This document shows, one piece after another, positions 22,399 through 34,544 of a stretch of 64,000 nt of DNA. The number at the start of each line of letters is the position of its first letter. Positions within the stretch are counted from its first letter, which is position 1. The translations under genes and the position numbers were made by a program. Below the pieces are notes generated by a model. The model worked only from the letters and a program-made list of their open reading frames with translations. It had not been told where the DNA came from and did no database searches. This DNA comes from Gekko japonicus (lineage: Eukaryota): positions 1,874,778-1,938,777 of the forward strand of contig NW_015167527.1 of the NCBI RefSeq assembly GCF_001447785.1, given 5' to 3'.

Positions 22399-25300
22399 TT
22401 CCAAGAGAGAGAGTTGAGATCAGGCCTCCCTAGTGCCTAGAGAGGCTCAGTCAGTCCTACTCTAGCCTCGGACAGCTCAGTGGCAGAAAAGCTCCTCCCC
22501 CCCCCCCCCCCCACCANNNNNNNNNNNNCTTTCTCTTGTACTGGAGAAGCTGCAGGAGAGGAAGAAACTACTGTTGGGGAGGTTACTTGGGGATTCTGGG
22601 CAAGGGGCGCTGGGCTGGGATGAGAAACCCACCTTTGATAAAGTGTGTGTGGGGGGTGTTTTCCAGGATATTTCTAGCCGTGCAAGAGACACAGAGGGGG
22701 AAAGCAGAGCCGTTGGGCTTCGTAATCTGTGAGATCTCAGACCCCGCAGAGCACCTCCCAACTCCACTGGACAAGTACTGGCGCTATGGCAGACGACTTC
22801 CTTTAGGGAAGATCTTTCGTGTGGGGAGGGAGGGGAGTGTTTTCTTCCCTGGTGCGAGAAAAATGTTAATTGGTCTGAAACTTCTGTGGTACAAGTATGT
22901 TGGGATTATCGTTGATGATAAATGTCATGCTGAAGATATCTGTGATGACTTTATATAATGTTTGCACTTAACAGCAACAAAAAACCTCCCGTCCCTTTCA
23001 CAGTAGTCGGTTATTTTAGTTGATTCTTGCAGAGAAAACCTGACAAGTAGATGTATGTGAAAGCTTCTAGCATGTTGCTATTGGGTTATGAAAATAAGAA
23101 GCAGGAGACTGACCAGATATGAAGGTGAATATATACAGATATTTACCAGGCCATTGAACAGGCATGCCATGTCTTAGTCTCTGAGAACTGAGTCCCCCAT
23201 AGCTAACTAAACAGACAGCTATTATGCTGAACTCTAGCCAATCCCTAACAAGGTGATGTAATCTCTAACAAGACCTGGTAGAAGCACCTGTCTGTAGTTA
23301 CATGATTGCTAGCCTGACAGCTAGGTTTGACAGTCAGATCAAACTCATCTACAGTAACTGCTTGCTACCTTTGACATTTTGACCCATATCTTAATAGTTG
23401 CATACCCGAAGAAGATGCCAAATAAGTTCCTTTAATCAGTTGTCGGCCCTGGTTGGATCATGATTCAGTCAGAGGCTCGTCAGGGGCCAGACACCTCATT
23501 GTTCCGGTAAAAACCAGAAGCAGTCACGGTATCTCGTACCACTGTTACATATGTACAAAGTCATTTCAGTGATTCCCCTCTGGAGAAAGAAACAGAATTC
23601 TATACTCAGGGTTAGGATTAATCCAGTTGCACTATTTCTTCCAGAGAACTGACCTCCCATGGCAACCTGTCCTTCGCAACTTTTCCCGCACTTCTTCCAC
23701 TCCATCTGATACTGCTACATCTTTCTTCCATTTTAAATGCTTTTACTATACGCACACTGGATTCATTGTATGGCTCTGTAATTTTTGGTGTTCTATGCAT
23801 TGTACCTTTTAAATATATGATTTGTTGGTTTTATTTTGTATTTATTTTGCACTTTCTGTCCTATTTTATAAAAACTTAACATGCAACACACAATAATAAA
23901 ATTCACAACAAATCATAATCAATTCATAAACGTTCTGTGAAAAATGCTGTAATAAAAACCAACAATATACCAAAACCTCAGAATAATGCAATCAAAATGT
24001 TATCTAAATAAAAATGTCTGTGTGTGCCTCCTAAAACAGCTCGATGATAAGTTTACTTAAATTTCCCAGAACTATCCTCTGCTCATAAGAAATCCTTACA
24101 AAATTGGTCGGTGTGTTCGTTTGTTTGTTTGTTTTCCTGTGACCTGAGTAACTTTCTATGAGGGGAGCAATCTAGGCAGCAATGGGCTAGCTCTGGCTTA
24201 CTTGGTTTCCGATCTGAAATCTGAGCCAATTAGTTTAGGAGAGAAGAACCTGTAAGACATGAGAGTCCATCTAGGGAGCCTCCACGAAACAGACTTGCGA
24301 GGCAACGTGAAGATGTCTTCTGAAGTCAGTACCCAAACAGCACATACGAATCTTTTTTACAGTCTCTTGCATCCAGAATGAATGAAACTGGTGATGTTTG
24401 CAATCAAGATCCGATTTAAAGATTTTTTCCAGACGATTTTAAATAGCTATATAAAAATTATTGTATCAAATGGACTAATAGAGAAGAAGTTCCTATTTGC
24501 GATGGTGACTGGTGGCTTCTCTTATAAGTAAGGAACAAAGAGGCGACTGGGCGGACCCTTAGGACTATACAAGAATTCGGGCAATGGCCCTTTAAGAAGA
24601 AGCCGGGTGGAATGTTAGCAGCGGACAGTTCCAGGTTGTCTTATGTGACTCAAAGTGATGAGAATTTTCGAATGCAGGGGTGGCAGGACCAAGCCTCCTC
24701 CGGCCCCTATCCACCACCGCAGGCGCAGGGGCTGACCCCTTTTCGGCAGCCCCTTGTGCAAGATGGTCCAGCTCAGTCGCCCCTGGCTCATCCTTTCGCC
24801 GTTGCTTTCCTTAGGAGAAAAACTGTGAGGAGGTTTTTTGGGGACTGTGGGCAAGGGGCGCTGTACTGGGATGAGAAAACCACATTTGACAAAGCGTCAG
24901 CAGAACTAGACGGGAGGGGGGGGGGGGGGGGTGTTCCAGGATATTTCTAACCGTGCAAGGGACACAGAGGGGGAAAGCAGGGCCGTCGGGTGATGCCCGA
25001 GTTTCGTAATCTGTGAGTTGGCGGCGTTGACAGAGGGGTGTGGAGGAGGAGAGCCTCGCGATGTTGTAACGCTTGACTGGAGACTCGTGGGGCAGGCAGG
25101 ACAGAGGCGCGCATGCCCGGCGCGCATCATAACCTCGGGTTCAGGCCGGTGGCCTCCCCAGTGAAACAATCTCAGGCGGGCTGGGGAAGACCCCGTAGAA
25201 TAGATCTTCTCCCAACTCCACCGGGCACGTACTGGTTGTCATGGCAGACGACTTCCTTTACGGAGAACAGCCCCTGTTCCTCCAGTGAGGCGTCATCAAA

Positions 25301-26549
25301 CCCCAGCCCTATTCGTCGCCGTTGGAAACAAATCCCATTAGGTTTATGATTAACCCTTTATATTTTAATTTATATTATATTTTAATTTAATAATAATATA
25401 TTTACTATTTATATTTGTACTCCGCCTCACCTGAATTCAAGGTCACCCTCAAGTGGCAGATTTAGATCTAGATATCTGTAAACCGTGCTCGATGGGCTTT
25501 GAACAGAAATCTCTTACATATCAGGGTCTTCAGTCCCGTTGCTTCCCTTTCTTTCTCTACAACTGTGTGCGTGTTTGTGTCTTGTCTGTCTGACAACTGA
25601 GGGCAACATTCCCTGCATCTAATGAAGTGCATTCAGCCCACCAAAGTTTCCGTCACATTGGATCCCCCTTTCACATTGCGGTTCAAAGTTTGCGTCACAT
25701 TGGATCTGCCATCACACGCGATAGGTCGTTTTGGCTCCAGCAGCTCTCGTTAGGGGCTCTTTAAAAACGTATGGCCGCCCGGTTGCTGGAGCCGCCCTCC
25801 CATTGTTTCCAATGGGCAATCCTGGCGCCTGCGGTAACGACCGCCCGGGAAGGCGAAATGTTCCCCCGGCTCCCTGGGCTTCGGGATGGCGGCCTTGAAC
25901 CTCTAAGGGCGTTGCCGCTCGAACATCATGAGAGGTCGTTTTGGCTCCAGCAGCCCTCGTTAGAGGCTCTTTAACAAGTTATGGCCGGGGCCGGCATTGG
26001 CGCCTGCGGCAATGGCCGTGCGGGGAGGGCGCGAAACGTTCCCCCGGCTCCCTGGGCCCCGGGGTGGCGGCCTTCAACTCCGAGGAGCAAATCCCGACCT
26101 CTCGCGTATGATGTTCGAGCGGCGTGCTGCTCGAACATCATACGCGAGGCGGCGAGAGGTCCTTTTGGACTCAGCAGCTCTTGTTAGGGACTCTTTAAAA
26201 AGTTACGTGAGGAAGCCGGTTTCCTACAGGTCAGATCCCAGAAGTGACTAATGCAGAGGGGAGAAACTGGCGGGGTGGGGATGGGTTTTGGAGGGCGGAA
26301 TACAACGGAAGCCAACGCCGTCACAACTCCGAGGAGCAAACTCGAAAGCTCGCGTCCTGTAGTGTAACTCCAGAGTGGATGACTATGTTCGCTGCAGAAA
26401 AATGAAGCCGGAGTTTAGTAGCACTTGGAAGACTTAGGAAGTTTAGTCCAGGACAGGTTTACAGGAGTCAGAAGTCACTTCATTAGGTGATGTTTTGGCT
26501 GCTATTAATAGACAGCATAACACCACTTTTGTTTTTGGATTGTGATAGG

Positions 26550-26846
26550 GACCCATTCTGCATCTAGCATTCCCCCCGCTATTTTACCAAACCCACACTG
26601 GAACAGAAATTCCCCTCTACATTGCATGCCAGTATCATTGTATTTGATTATCGGATTTTATGGTAGCCTCCACACTGCATGCGGGTTTCACTTCCTTTGA
26701 TCTGTCGGTTTTATGGTACCATCTGCACAGATTTATGGCCGTTCTCAGTAGGGGCTTGCCTGGGGTGTTTGAATGTGGTTTTGAGCCTTCTGTTCCAGTG
26801 TGGGTTTGCTAAAACAACGGAGCGAATGCTAGATGCAGAATGGGCC
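26550..26846. mobile_element. Harbinger-like MITE inserted in a Penelope remnant
   Basis: 23-bp TIR g(a/g)cccattctgcatctagcattc; AGG 3-bp TSD (26547-26549, 26847-26849). Confidence 0.8.
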
Positions 26847-27200
26847 AGGGTCCAGTGTGGCTACCTACATTGTCTACACCTAACCAAATAAGCCCGTATA
26901 GCACTAGGGACCGTTTGTGATCAGATACCATTTTGAACTTTCCTGGCTGTGTCCGTGGAATTGGGGAGCACATTTCCAAAATGTGGCGGAAAACAAAGCA
27001 AATGTTTTATACTTGCATTTTTTAAAGGCGCAAGTATGTGCGGAAGCCGGTTTCCTACAGGTCAGATCCGAGAAGTGACTAATGCAGAGGGGAGAAACTG
27101 GCGGGGTGATGGGGGGGATGGGTTTTGTAGGGCGGAATACAACGGAAGCCAACGCCGTCACAGGCCCACCTTGGCGCTTGCCAGACCCGGGTGGGCTGGG

Positions 27201-27330
27201 GTGTGTGTGTGTGTGTGTGTGTGTCAGAGGCACTCCCCCGGGAAACTGCGCGGCGATTGGCCAGTTGGGGGCCGGGCTCAAGGGGGCGTGGCGGGCCGGG
27301 CGGCCGCAATGCCGGCTGGAGGCTTATAAA
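27201..27330 (+). promoter_or_regulatory. ARG2 core promoter: (GT)n microsatellite, inverted CCAAT (27256-27260), GC boxes, TATAAA (27325-27330)
   Basis: Motifs seen directly within 200 bp upstream of the ARG2 ATG. Confidence 0.7.
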
Positions 27331-27401
27331 GCGCGGCGCGGCGCTTGCAGAGGGCTGAGCGAGATCGCGAGTCACGCTGCAGAGCCTCCTCCTCAGGCGT
27401 C

Positions 27402-27521
27402 ATGTCCCTCCGCACCAGCGTCGCCCGGCTCCTCAGGAAGCAAACCGGCTCCTCCGTGCAGCTCCAGCGGAGACCGGCGCATTCGGTGGCCCTCGTCGGG
27501 GCTCCTTTCTCGAGGGGGCAG
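27402..27521 (+). CDS. ARG2: ARG2 exon 1 (mitochondrial targeting peptide): MSLRTSVARLLRKQ...VALVGAPFSRGQ; arginase-2, 357 aa total
   Basis: ATG at 27402, 120 bp, donor |gtgagt. Arg/Ser/Leu-rich presequence plus GAPFS.GQ arginase motif. Confidence 0.97.
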
Positions 27522-28037
27522 GTGAGTGGGCGAGCGAGCGGGCGGGGCGAGGAGGCAGAAGGCACGCGCCTTCGCCTGGAATGGGTCGTAATGAGAGGGA
27601 TGCTCTCGTGCGGGCTCCTGGCGGCGGGCCCCTGGGAGCGAGGGAACCGAGGTTGCCAACCTCCAAGTGGCACCTGGAGATCTCCTGCTATTGTAAGCTA
27701 TCCGCCACTGAGCGAGATCAGTTCCCCCGGGAGAAAATGGCTACCTTGGAGGGTGGGCTCTGTGGCTGAGGTCCCTCCCCTCCCCATACTCTGCTCTCCA
27801 GGTATTTCCCAACCCAGAGCTGGCAGCCCTAGAGGAAAGCCTTGCTCAGGGGCCAAAGCGGGGGCTTGGGGCCTGGGGCGCGGGCGGCTGCGGGTGCAAC
27901 TGAGCGGCGGGCCCGTCTCAGGCGTGGAAATTTCCAGGCGGTCTGGCCGCGCCGGCCGGCTGAGATCAGAAAGCTACCCTTTCCGCAAACACGTGGCCGC
28001 CGCCTCTTCCTCTAATCGCTCCTCTTTTGCCCGCCAG

Positions 28038-28110
28038 AAAAGAAACGGGGTCGATCGTGGGCCTGCCGCCATCAGGAACGCGGGGCTGGTGGAAAAGCTC
28101 TCGGGCTTGG
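28038..28110 (+). CDS. ARG2: ARG2 exon 2: KRNGVDRGPAAIRNAGLVEKLSGL(G)
   Basis: 73 bp, ccgccag| ... |gtaagt. Confidence 0.97.
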
Positions 28111-28836
28111 GTAAGTAAGGGAAAGTCTTCTGGACCGTGGATCCCATGAAGCAGTTTCTCTAGTTTGGGACGCATCCCCTTTTCAAAGGCGTTTCCGGAC
28201 ACATCTCCTTTCCCCTGTGATTCAGCACGACCCCTTGCTAGGGTGACCAGATATGGGAAGGGGAATCTCTTCCCCTGCTGCCCTCCCTGAAGCTGTCCCC
28301 GAGGCACACCCTTCCCTTTTCTTCTCTGGAATTTCCCCCTTGGGCAAAGATGGGCAGTGGGAGAAAGAAAGGCTTCTTGGGCAAAGATGGGCAGTGGGAG
28401 AAAGGCATGCATAGCATGTCATTCTCATGGAGAGAGCTGACTTTGGCTATCTTTTGTCACCAGTGCTATGGAACTATATTTGTTATTATTTCTGGCACCC
28501 CACCCTTAATACAAGTAGCTCAAAGCAGAGTGCATTATTCTCCCTTTCAGTTGCCCTCACAACAGCCCCAAAATCTTGTTGGTCTCTAAGGTGCTACTGG
28601 ATGCAAATTAGCTGTTCACAACAGCCCTGTGAGGTAGGTTGGACTGGGAATAATTGACTGGCCCCTGGTTACTAATGGGTTTCATGACTGAATGGGACTC
28701 GGACGCAGGTATCCCAGATCCTTATCAGACACAAACCACTAGGCCATGTTGGATTTAATCTTATTGCAAGTAGTGTCCAAGCTATACAGTTCATTAAAAT
28801 GTTGCTTCAGATTTTCCTAGGTGGTTTTTGTACTTA

Positions 28837-29368
28837 GGCCGCGGTCACACGTAACAGAAGCCACACAAGGGAGACGGAAAACAGACGGAGTTTCCGGGCG
28901 CGATCTCACCAGCACATCTGGGAAGCATAGCACTCCCGTGGCTCAACCGAGGCTTCCAGCCGAAACTGCGTGGCAAAAAACTAGTACCTTGGAGGTACTA
29001 GTTTCCGGAAACTCCGGGGCAAGGGCGGGCGTCTGATCGCGTTTCCGGTGGCATCCGGCGCCCGCCCATGTCCCCTTGCAAATAAGGTGTTTTTTTTTTG
29101 TCCAAGTCTCTGTGGATGCGCATGCGCACCCACCGAAGCATGCGCATTGGTCATGTACACAAAAATAAAAAACAGTTTGCCGCGGCGCGCGCTTCTTCGT
29201 TGCGCGCCGGCTTGTCCTGTGATCGGCACCTCTCCCTTGCCATGGAACCTCCACGGTACCTCCACAGAACCTCCACAGGAGGTCTGATCACGTAACTGCG
29301 CAGTAGTTTGCCCCAGGGCAAACTGCCACGCTTCTCCTCTGCAGTTTCCTGCCCGTGTGACCGGGGCC
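28837..29368 (-). mobile_element. Harbinger non-autonomous element (inverted homologue of 3991)
   Basis: TIR ggccgcggtcacacg / cgtgtgaccggggcc; TTA TSD. Confidence 0.9.
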
Positions 29369-29754
29369 TTAGTCACTCTTATATCTAGCAACTCAGTCCT
29401 CCTACATTCAGTGGGAATTAATCCCATGTAACAGTGCATAGATCTGATACATAAGGCTCAGTTTCTTCGTGCAACCACACATTGGACAACCAGAGCCAAT
29501 CTGCACCAGGAAGATGGCTTATACTGTAAAATGTGTAACACCCCCACGTGCATCCATATGTTTTATCCTTTTTCTTCCCCCAACAGTCCTGATTTCAGAT
29601 AATAGTTCCCATCTTGAGGCAGGTGAAATCTGTTGGGTATTGACCCTTAGTCTAGCTTGATATAACTAAGTCTTCTACTGTGCACAACAGGTAAGCCTGG
29701 AGCTGGTGTGTTTTCCATTGCAATACTTCCTCTAAGAAATGACTGTGTCTCTAA

Positions 29755-30155
29755 TGAGAAAGATGGGGGAACATTTTAACCTTCCAGAACGTTCAGTTGC
29801 TGACTTAAAAGTAGCAGTTACTTTACAAAGGAATTCCAAAGGGAGATTAGAGAGACTGCTGAATTGCAACTGATCATGACAATGCATCCTCCTGGATTGA
29901 ATCGAGACCTAGGTTTCCTGTTTTATTACCGATGCTGATTTCTCCATGCCTACGATCTCTCTGCATATTGCACCTAATCCAATCACACCGGTTATTGTCA
30001 TTTGCCTGCTAATGTCATTGGGCATCTGAAGTCACTCCACTTTCAAAAATATAGGACAGATGTTTCTGAAGTGAGCAGTGACTCATGAAAGCTCATACCC
30101 TACCACAAATTTTGTTAGTCTATAAGGTGCTACTGGACTGTTACTCTTTTCTATT
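29755..30155 (+). mobile_element. Penelope-like element 3' fragment (GIY-YIG C-terminus plus pLTR)
   Basis: Decayed translation GEHFNLPE.SVADLKVAV.LQRN.KGRLE..TAELQLI...PGLNRDLGFL; pLTR gaaagctcataccc...aaggtgctactggact. Confidence 0.8.
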
Positions 30156-30207
30156 TCCCTAATGTAAGCTGTGGATTTATTTTTATTACCTAGTAGATGG
30201 CCTAATA

Positions 30208-30650
30208 CAGAGCCAGTTTAGTATAGTAGTTAGTCAGACTACACTATGGGAGATCCATGTTTGAATCCCCACTCTGCCATGGCCAGTCACACATTTTCAG
30301 TCTTAGCCTAACCTACTTCACAAGGGATTGCAGGGATAAAATGGAGGTGAGGAGAATTAGGTAAGGTGCTTTGGGTCCCCACTGAAGAAGAGATTGGATT
30401 TATACCCCACCTTTCACTAGGAGTCTCAGAGCGGCTTACAAATGCCTTTCCCTTCCCCTCCCCGCAACAGACACCCTGTGAGGTAGGTGGGGCTGAGAGA
30501 GCTCTGAGAGAACTGTCCTTGAGAGAACAGCTCTTGTCAGAACTATGGCTTGCCCAAGGTCATCCAGCAGCTGCAAGTGGAGGAGTGGGGAATCAAACCC
30601 GGCTCTCCCAGATTAGAGTCTGCACACTTAACCACTACACCAAACTGGCT
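30208..30650. mobile_element. Young Squam3-like SINE (-, 30384-30650) abutting an older Squam3-like copy (+, 30208-30383)
   Basis: tRNA-like head (agccagtttggtgtagtggttaa, rc) and (TTC)n tail. Confidence 0.85.
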
Positions 30651-30699
30651 GAACATCACAGAGATATGATGTCTTCAGCAGTGTTGTTCTAATTTTAAC

Positions 30700-31033
30700 C
30701 AGTATAGTTCCTTAGACATAATTCAGCTTTTGGCCCTGGTGCCTGCCAACTGTTTTTAGAAAGTGGGTGGGGCCTGCAAGATTTCTGATTGGCTATTGAA
30801 GATTTGATATGCAGATTTTTTTAAATGGTGGTTTGGTAGCAGGTGATACCACAACACAAGGATCTTCACTGCGTGACTGAAGGCAAGGAGCAGCAGCCAT
30901 TTTGTGTCTGGCTATGGCTTCTATGGCAGCCATTTTGTGTCTGGCTATGGCTTCTATGGCAGCCATTTTGTGCCTACCACGCTGTATTGAAAATCTAAAC
31001 ATGCTTACAGGCTCAAAAAGGTTGGGGACCCCT
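30700..31033 (-). mobile_element. hAT-type non-autonomous element with internal 33-bp tandem repeat
   Basis: TIR gttggggacccctg; gcagccattttgtgtctggctatggcttctatg x2.5. Confidence 0.7.
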
Positions 31034-33045
31034 GTTCTACTCATTAATCACACTGAGCTTAAATTTGAGGCATACCCTGTTTGAACATATACAAGTCAAA
31101 CTTTACATTGTGTAGAAAATTCATAACTGGAAGTGTGATCCTAAGCAGAGTTATACCCTTCTAAACCCATTGACATCAGTGAGATTAACATAGAATCAGT
31201 GTTTTCCTCTTAACCAACCAATATATGTATAAACCTCCACAGAGACAAGTGTTTAAGTTAGTGTCATAAACATACAAGTTGAACCAGAAGAGCTGAGAAA
31301 CTATTTACCTGCTTGTAAGGAACATCTTCTTAAATAATAACTTCTTCAAGCATCTGCTATGCTCAGAATCATAGTTGTTAAAGGGGGATTTGTTTCAGAA
31401 TGAAACTTTTGAGTGATCTTGAAAAATCTGTTCTGACCCAGGGAGAAGTATGGCTTAGCAAAGCAGGTAAGATGCAGGAAATTTGGAGCACTGGTATCTG
31501 GGGAGGGGGTGGGGGGAAGCACGAGTCACCATTTTGAAGTCACAAATGTACCCTTTATACAAGGAAACTCCCATTGTTTAAATGAAAATAGTTATGTCAC
31601 AAATGAAAAAGTCTTTTAAAAAGACTTAGCTGCGCAAACCTATGGCCCCGTAGGGTACAGTGTCCATTGGTGCCATACTGGGGGTCAAAATCCGCAAATA
31701 TAAGGCTCATGGGTGTCTCCCCTCTCCCCAGCAGTCCTTTCCAACTTGGGGAAATTTATTCCCGGGCTGTGGGATCCATGTAGATTAAAAGCCATGCACA
31801 TCAGGAGGCTGCCGAGGGGAGGCGAAGGAAGGCAAAATCATCCTCCCACTGTCCCATCCCTTTTCTGTCAATGGAGGTTAGTTGGTATGTGGGAAGAAGT
31901 TAATATAATGTGTGGTTGTAATTAAACACTGTTAATGGCAAGATAGTCCCTATCTTATTACATGAGTGTTCTATAAATGGCTTGAATGTATGTAAATCAA
32001 GAACTCACTGACAGATGTGGGGGTGCCTCCTGCAACATTGCTGAAGCTAAACAAGGGTGGACCCCAAACAGTAACCTGGATGGGAGACCTTTAGAAGCCC
32101 CTTGTGAAAGGGAGAGTATCGTTTAAAGTAAATACATACAAATAAAAACAACTTTGACACTGCGATCCTTCAGTCTAAGCATTGCCAGAATTGTCTAGTG
32201 TTTCAAATATTAGCATATTTTCCGAGCCATTGCATGGTGTGATGAGTCTGGACATACGAAATGTAAGCTTAATATTCTGTAGCTGGTGCTGAAAATAGGT
32301 AGTTTCAGATAACATTACATGTATGTAGGTTGCAGAGCTGTTGTGCCAAGTGTGGTTTATTTTAGCACATAATTTTGATTCTGGTTAGGGAAGAATCCTC
32401 CCCTGGATTGAGGGTCTGTTTTGGAATAGACTGGCTAGACTAGACAGTAGCAGCACCTTGGACTGGAGCATCAGTTGATAGCTCTGACACAAAAGTAGAG
32501 AATTTTAAAAAATGTGTCCAAACATTACCTTATTCATGAGGAAAAGCTTTCTTCTGTTGCAATTTTGGATTTTTATTTCTTTGCAACCAGATGATGAGTC
32601 AGCCTCAACTATTACTGATGGATTCTGTCCTGTGAATCACTGTCTTCTCTTTTGAGCTTTGTTACATTGGTGTGAACAATGTGTGGCTACAAGAGTGGTA
32701 ATTGTGCTAGAGGTGTATTTTAGCAAACTATTTTTGGCTGTTAATACTTGAAACATGCTCAGGAATTTTTGTCAAGACAAGTCAGTTTCAATACTCAATT
32801 TGCCCACAATCTCCAGACAAACCAAGTTTCACTTAAATCAAACTTATCCGGTAAAGGAAGTTTCTCAAGTTACATTAATCATTGCTTATGACAATTTAAG
32901 AATCACTGTTCTGAAGTTTGAGGTAGTGGTTGAAAATCACATAAAGCAAGTGCCAAGTATTTCCTCACTTGATGCAATCAATAAATTGATTCACCTAAAG
33001 AATAATTGGGTGGCTAATGAGCAGCGAGCTCCAATTTCTGATGAT

Positions 33046-33364
33046 AGGTAAAGGTAAAGGTTTCCCTTGCTCGAAAGCTAGTTGAATCCAACTCTAGGGG
33101 GCGGTGCTCATCTCAGTTTCCAAGCTGAAGAGCCAGCATTGTCCGAAGACATTTCCATGGTCTTGTGGCTGCCGAGGCGCACGGAATGCCCCACCTTCCC
33201 ACCGAAGTGGTATCTATTTATCTACTTGCAATTTCTTACTTTCGAACTGCTAGGTTGGCTGGAGCTGGGGCCAGAGATGGGAGCTCACTCTGTCATGCGC
33301 CACTAGGGTCTTGAACTACCAAACTACAGACCTTCCAGTCTCCAGCTCAGCGTCTTAACCTCTG
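33046..33364 (-). mobile_element. Sauria SINE (Squam1)
   Basis: (ACCTTT)n tail seen as aggtaaaggtaaagg; body ctagggggcggtgctcatctc...cttcccaccgaagtggt...ctatttatctac typical of Sauria SINEs. Confidence 0.88.
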
Positions 33365-33855
33365 CTGCAAAACAGAGTGTTTTCCTGGCATTCTGCTTCT
33401 TGGGAACTGCAAAGAGGAAAGTGGGCAACTCTGGAGAAGAGATAAAGGAAATTAGAAAGTAGTTCTTGGTCGGCTATGAATAGATAACAAGATCTAGCTT
33501 TATAAATGCACCTTCTGTTTCACCAGCCAGAAAGTCTGGTCCAGCCACATTATCAGAAGGGTAGCCCTGATGTTGGAGTGTTCTTAAATAGAAGCACTGT
33601 GACGCAATATTCAAACAGAACACATTGCTGTTGCATAAGGCCATGATGCAACATTACTGCTTACAAGTCTGGTGTTTGATTTTGGAGACCTAGCCATGTC
33701 TGATGACCTGGATCTTTTTCCAACATTCTTTTGAAGTAAGTGCAAGAGAGCAGAGCCAGAAAATGTATTGGATTTAAGGAAGAAGCCTCCATCAAGTTTA
33801 ATCTTTAACTCTGGTGAATCTGTGTTCTTCTTGCACTTACATAAAGATTACACTA

Positions 33856-34070
33856 GATGCACTGTAGTGGTTGGGGTGTCAGACTAAGCTTTAGAAGACT
33901 CAGGTTTGAATCTGCACTTTGCCATGGAAACTCACTGGGTGACCTCAAGCCAATCAGTCTCGCTAAGCTTAATCATCCCCTTAACAGGGTTGTTGTGATG
34001 ATAAAATGCAGAAGGGAAGAACGATGTTGTAAGTTGCTTTGGTCTCCCATTGGAAAGCAGGATAGAAATA
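33856..34070 (+). mobile_element. Old Squam3-like SINE
   Basis: Colinear with the 20817 and 30208 copies. Confidence 0.6.
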
Positions 34071-34338
34071 TCTACATATTGACACAAACACACATACCTG
34101 CCCATATAAGAGATTGAAACAATTGAGAATACTGATGCTGTTTATTGAGAAATTAACCACAACAGGGATTTAGACATGTATATGCCTTGAAAAAAAATCC
34201 CCTTATGCCTTGAAAAAAAATCCAGGAACATGCACTGTTTGTCTCAGAAACCAGGCAGTCATGGAATTGGAAACAATTTTTTGGATAATAATACTATAGT
34301 CAACAAAGGGTAATTGTTTCCAAAGTATGGCTCATGAC

Positions 34339-34544
34339 CAATGCTCCCTCTAAGCTGTGGATTCCTGTGAGCAAAAATTCTACTTTTTAAGCTACGGACA
34401 TTAAAGTTGTGAGAGAGCTATTTGGCTACTGCATAAATTAGTTTGCTCTGGAGCCATCCTTTCTGAGCTAAGACAAAAATGTGAGAACTGGAGGCTAAAA
34501 AACTGTGAGCTAGCTCACACTAACTTAGCTTAGAGGGAACACTG
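34339..34544 (-). mobile_element. hAT MITE
   Basis: TIRs plus perfect 8-bp TSD CTCATGAC. Confidence 0.93.

Larger units (their letters stand above)
24600..28150. promoter_or_regulatory. CpG-rich divergent promoter region between PIGH and ARG2
   Basis: High CpG density; ETS (GGAAG) and GC boxes; genes are head-to-head. Confidence 0.75.

Noticed and set aside
27345-28118. 257-aa ORF joining ARG2 exon 1, intron 1 and exon 2 in frame
   Set aside because: The 516-bp GC-rich intron 1 happens to be stop-free and in frame. It has canonical splice sites and low-complexity translation; a retained-intron isoform cannot be supported without RNA data.
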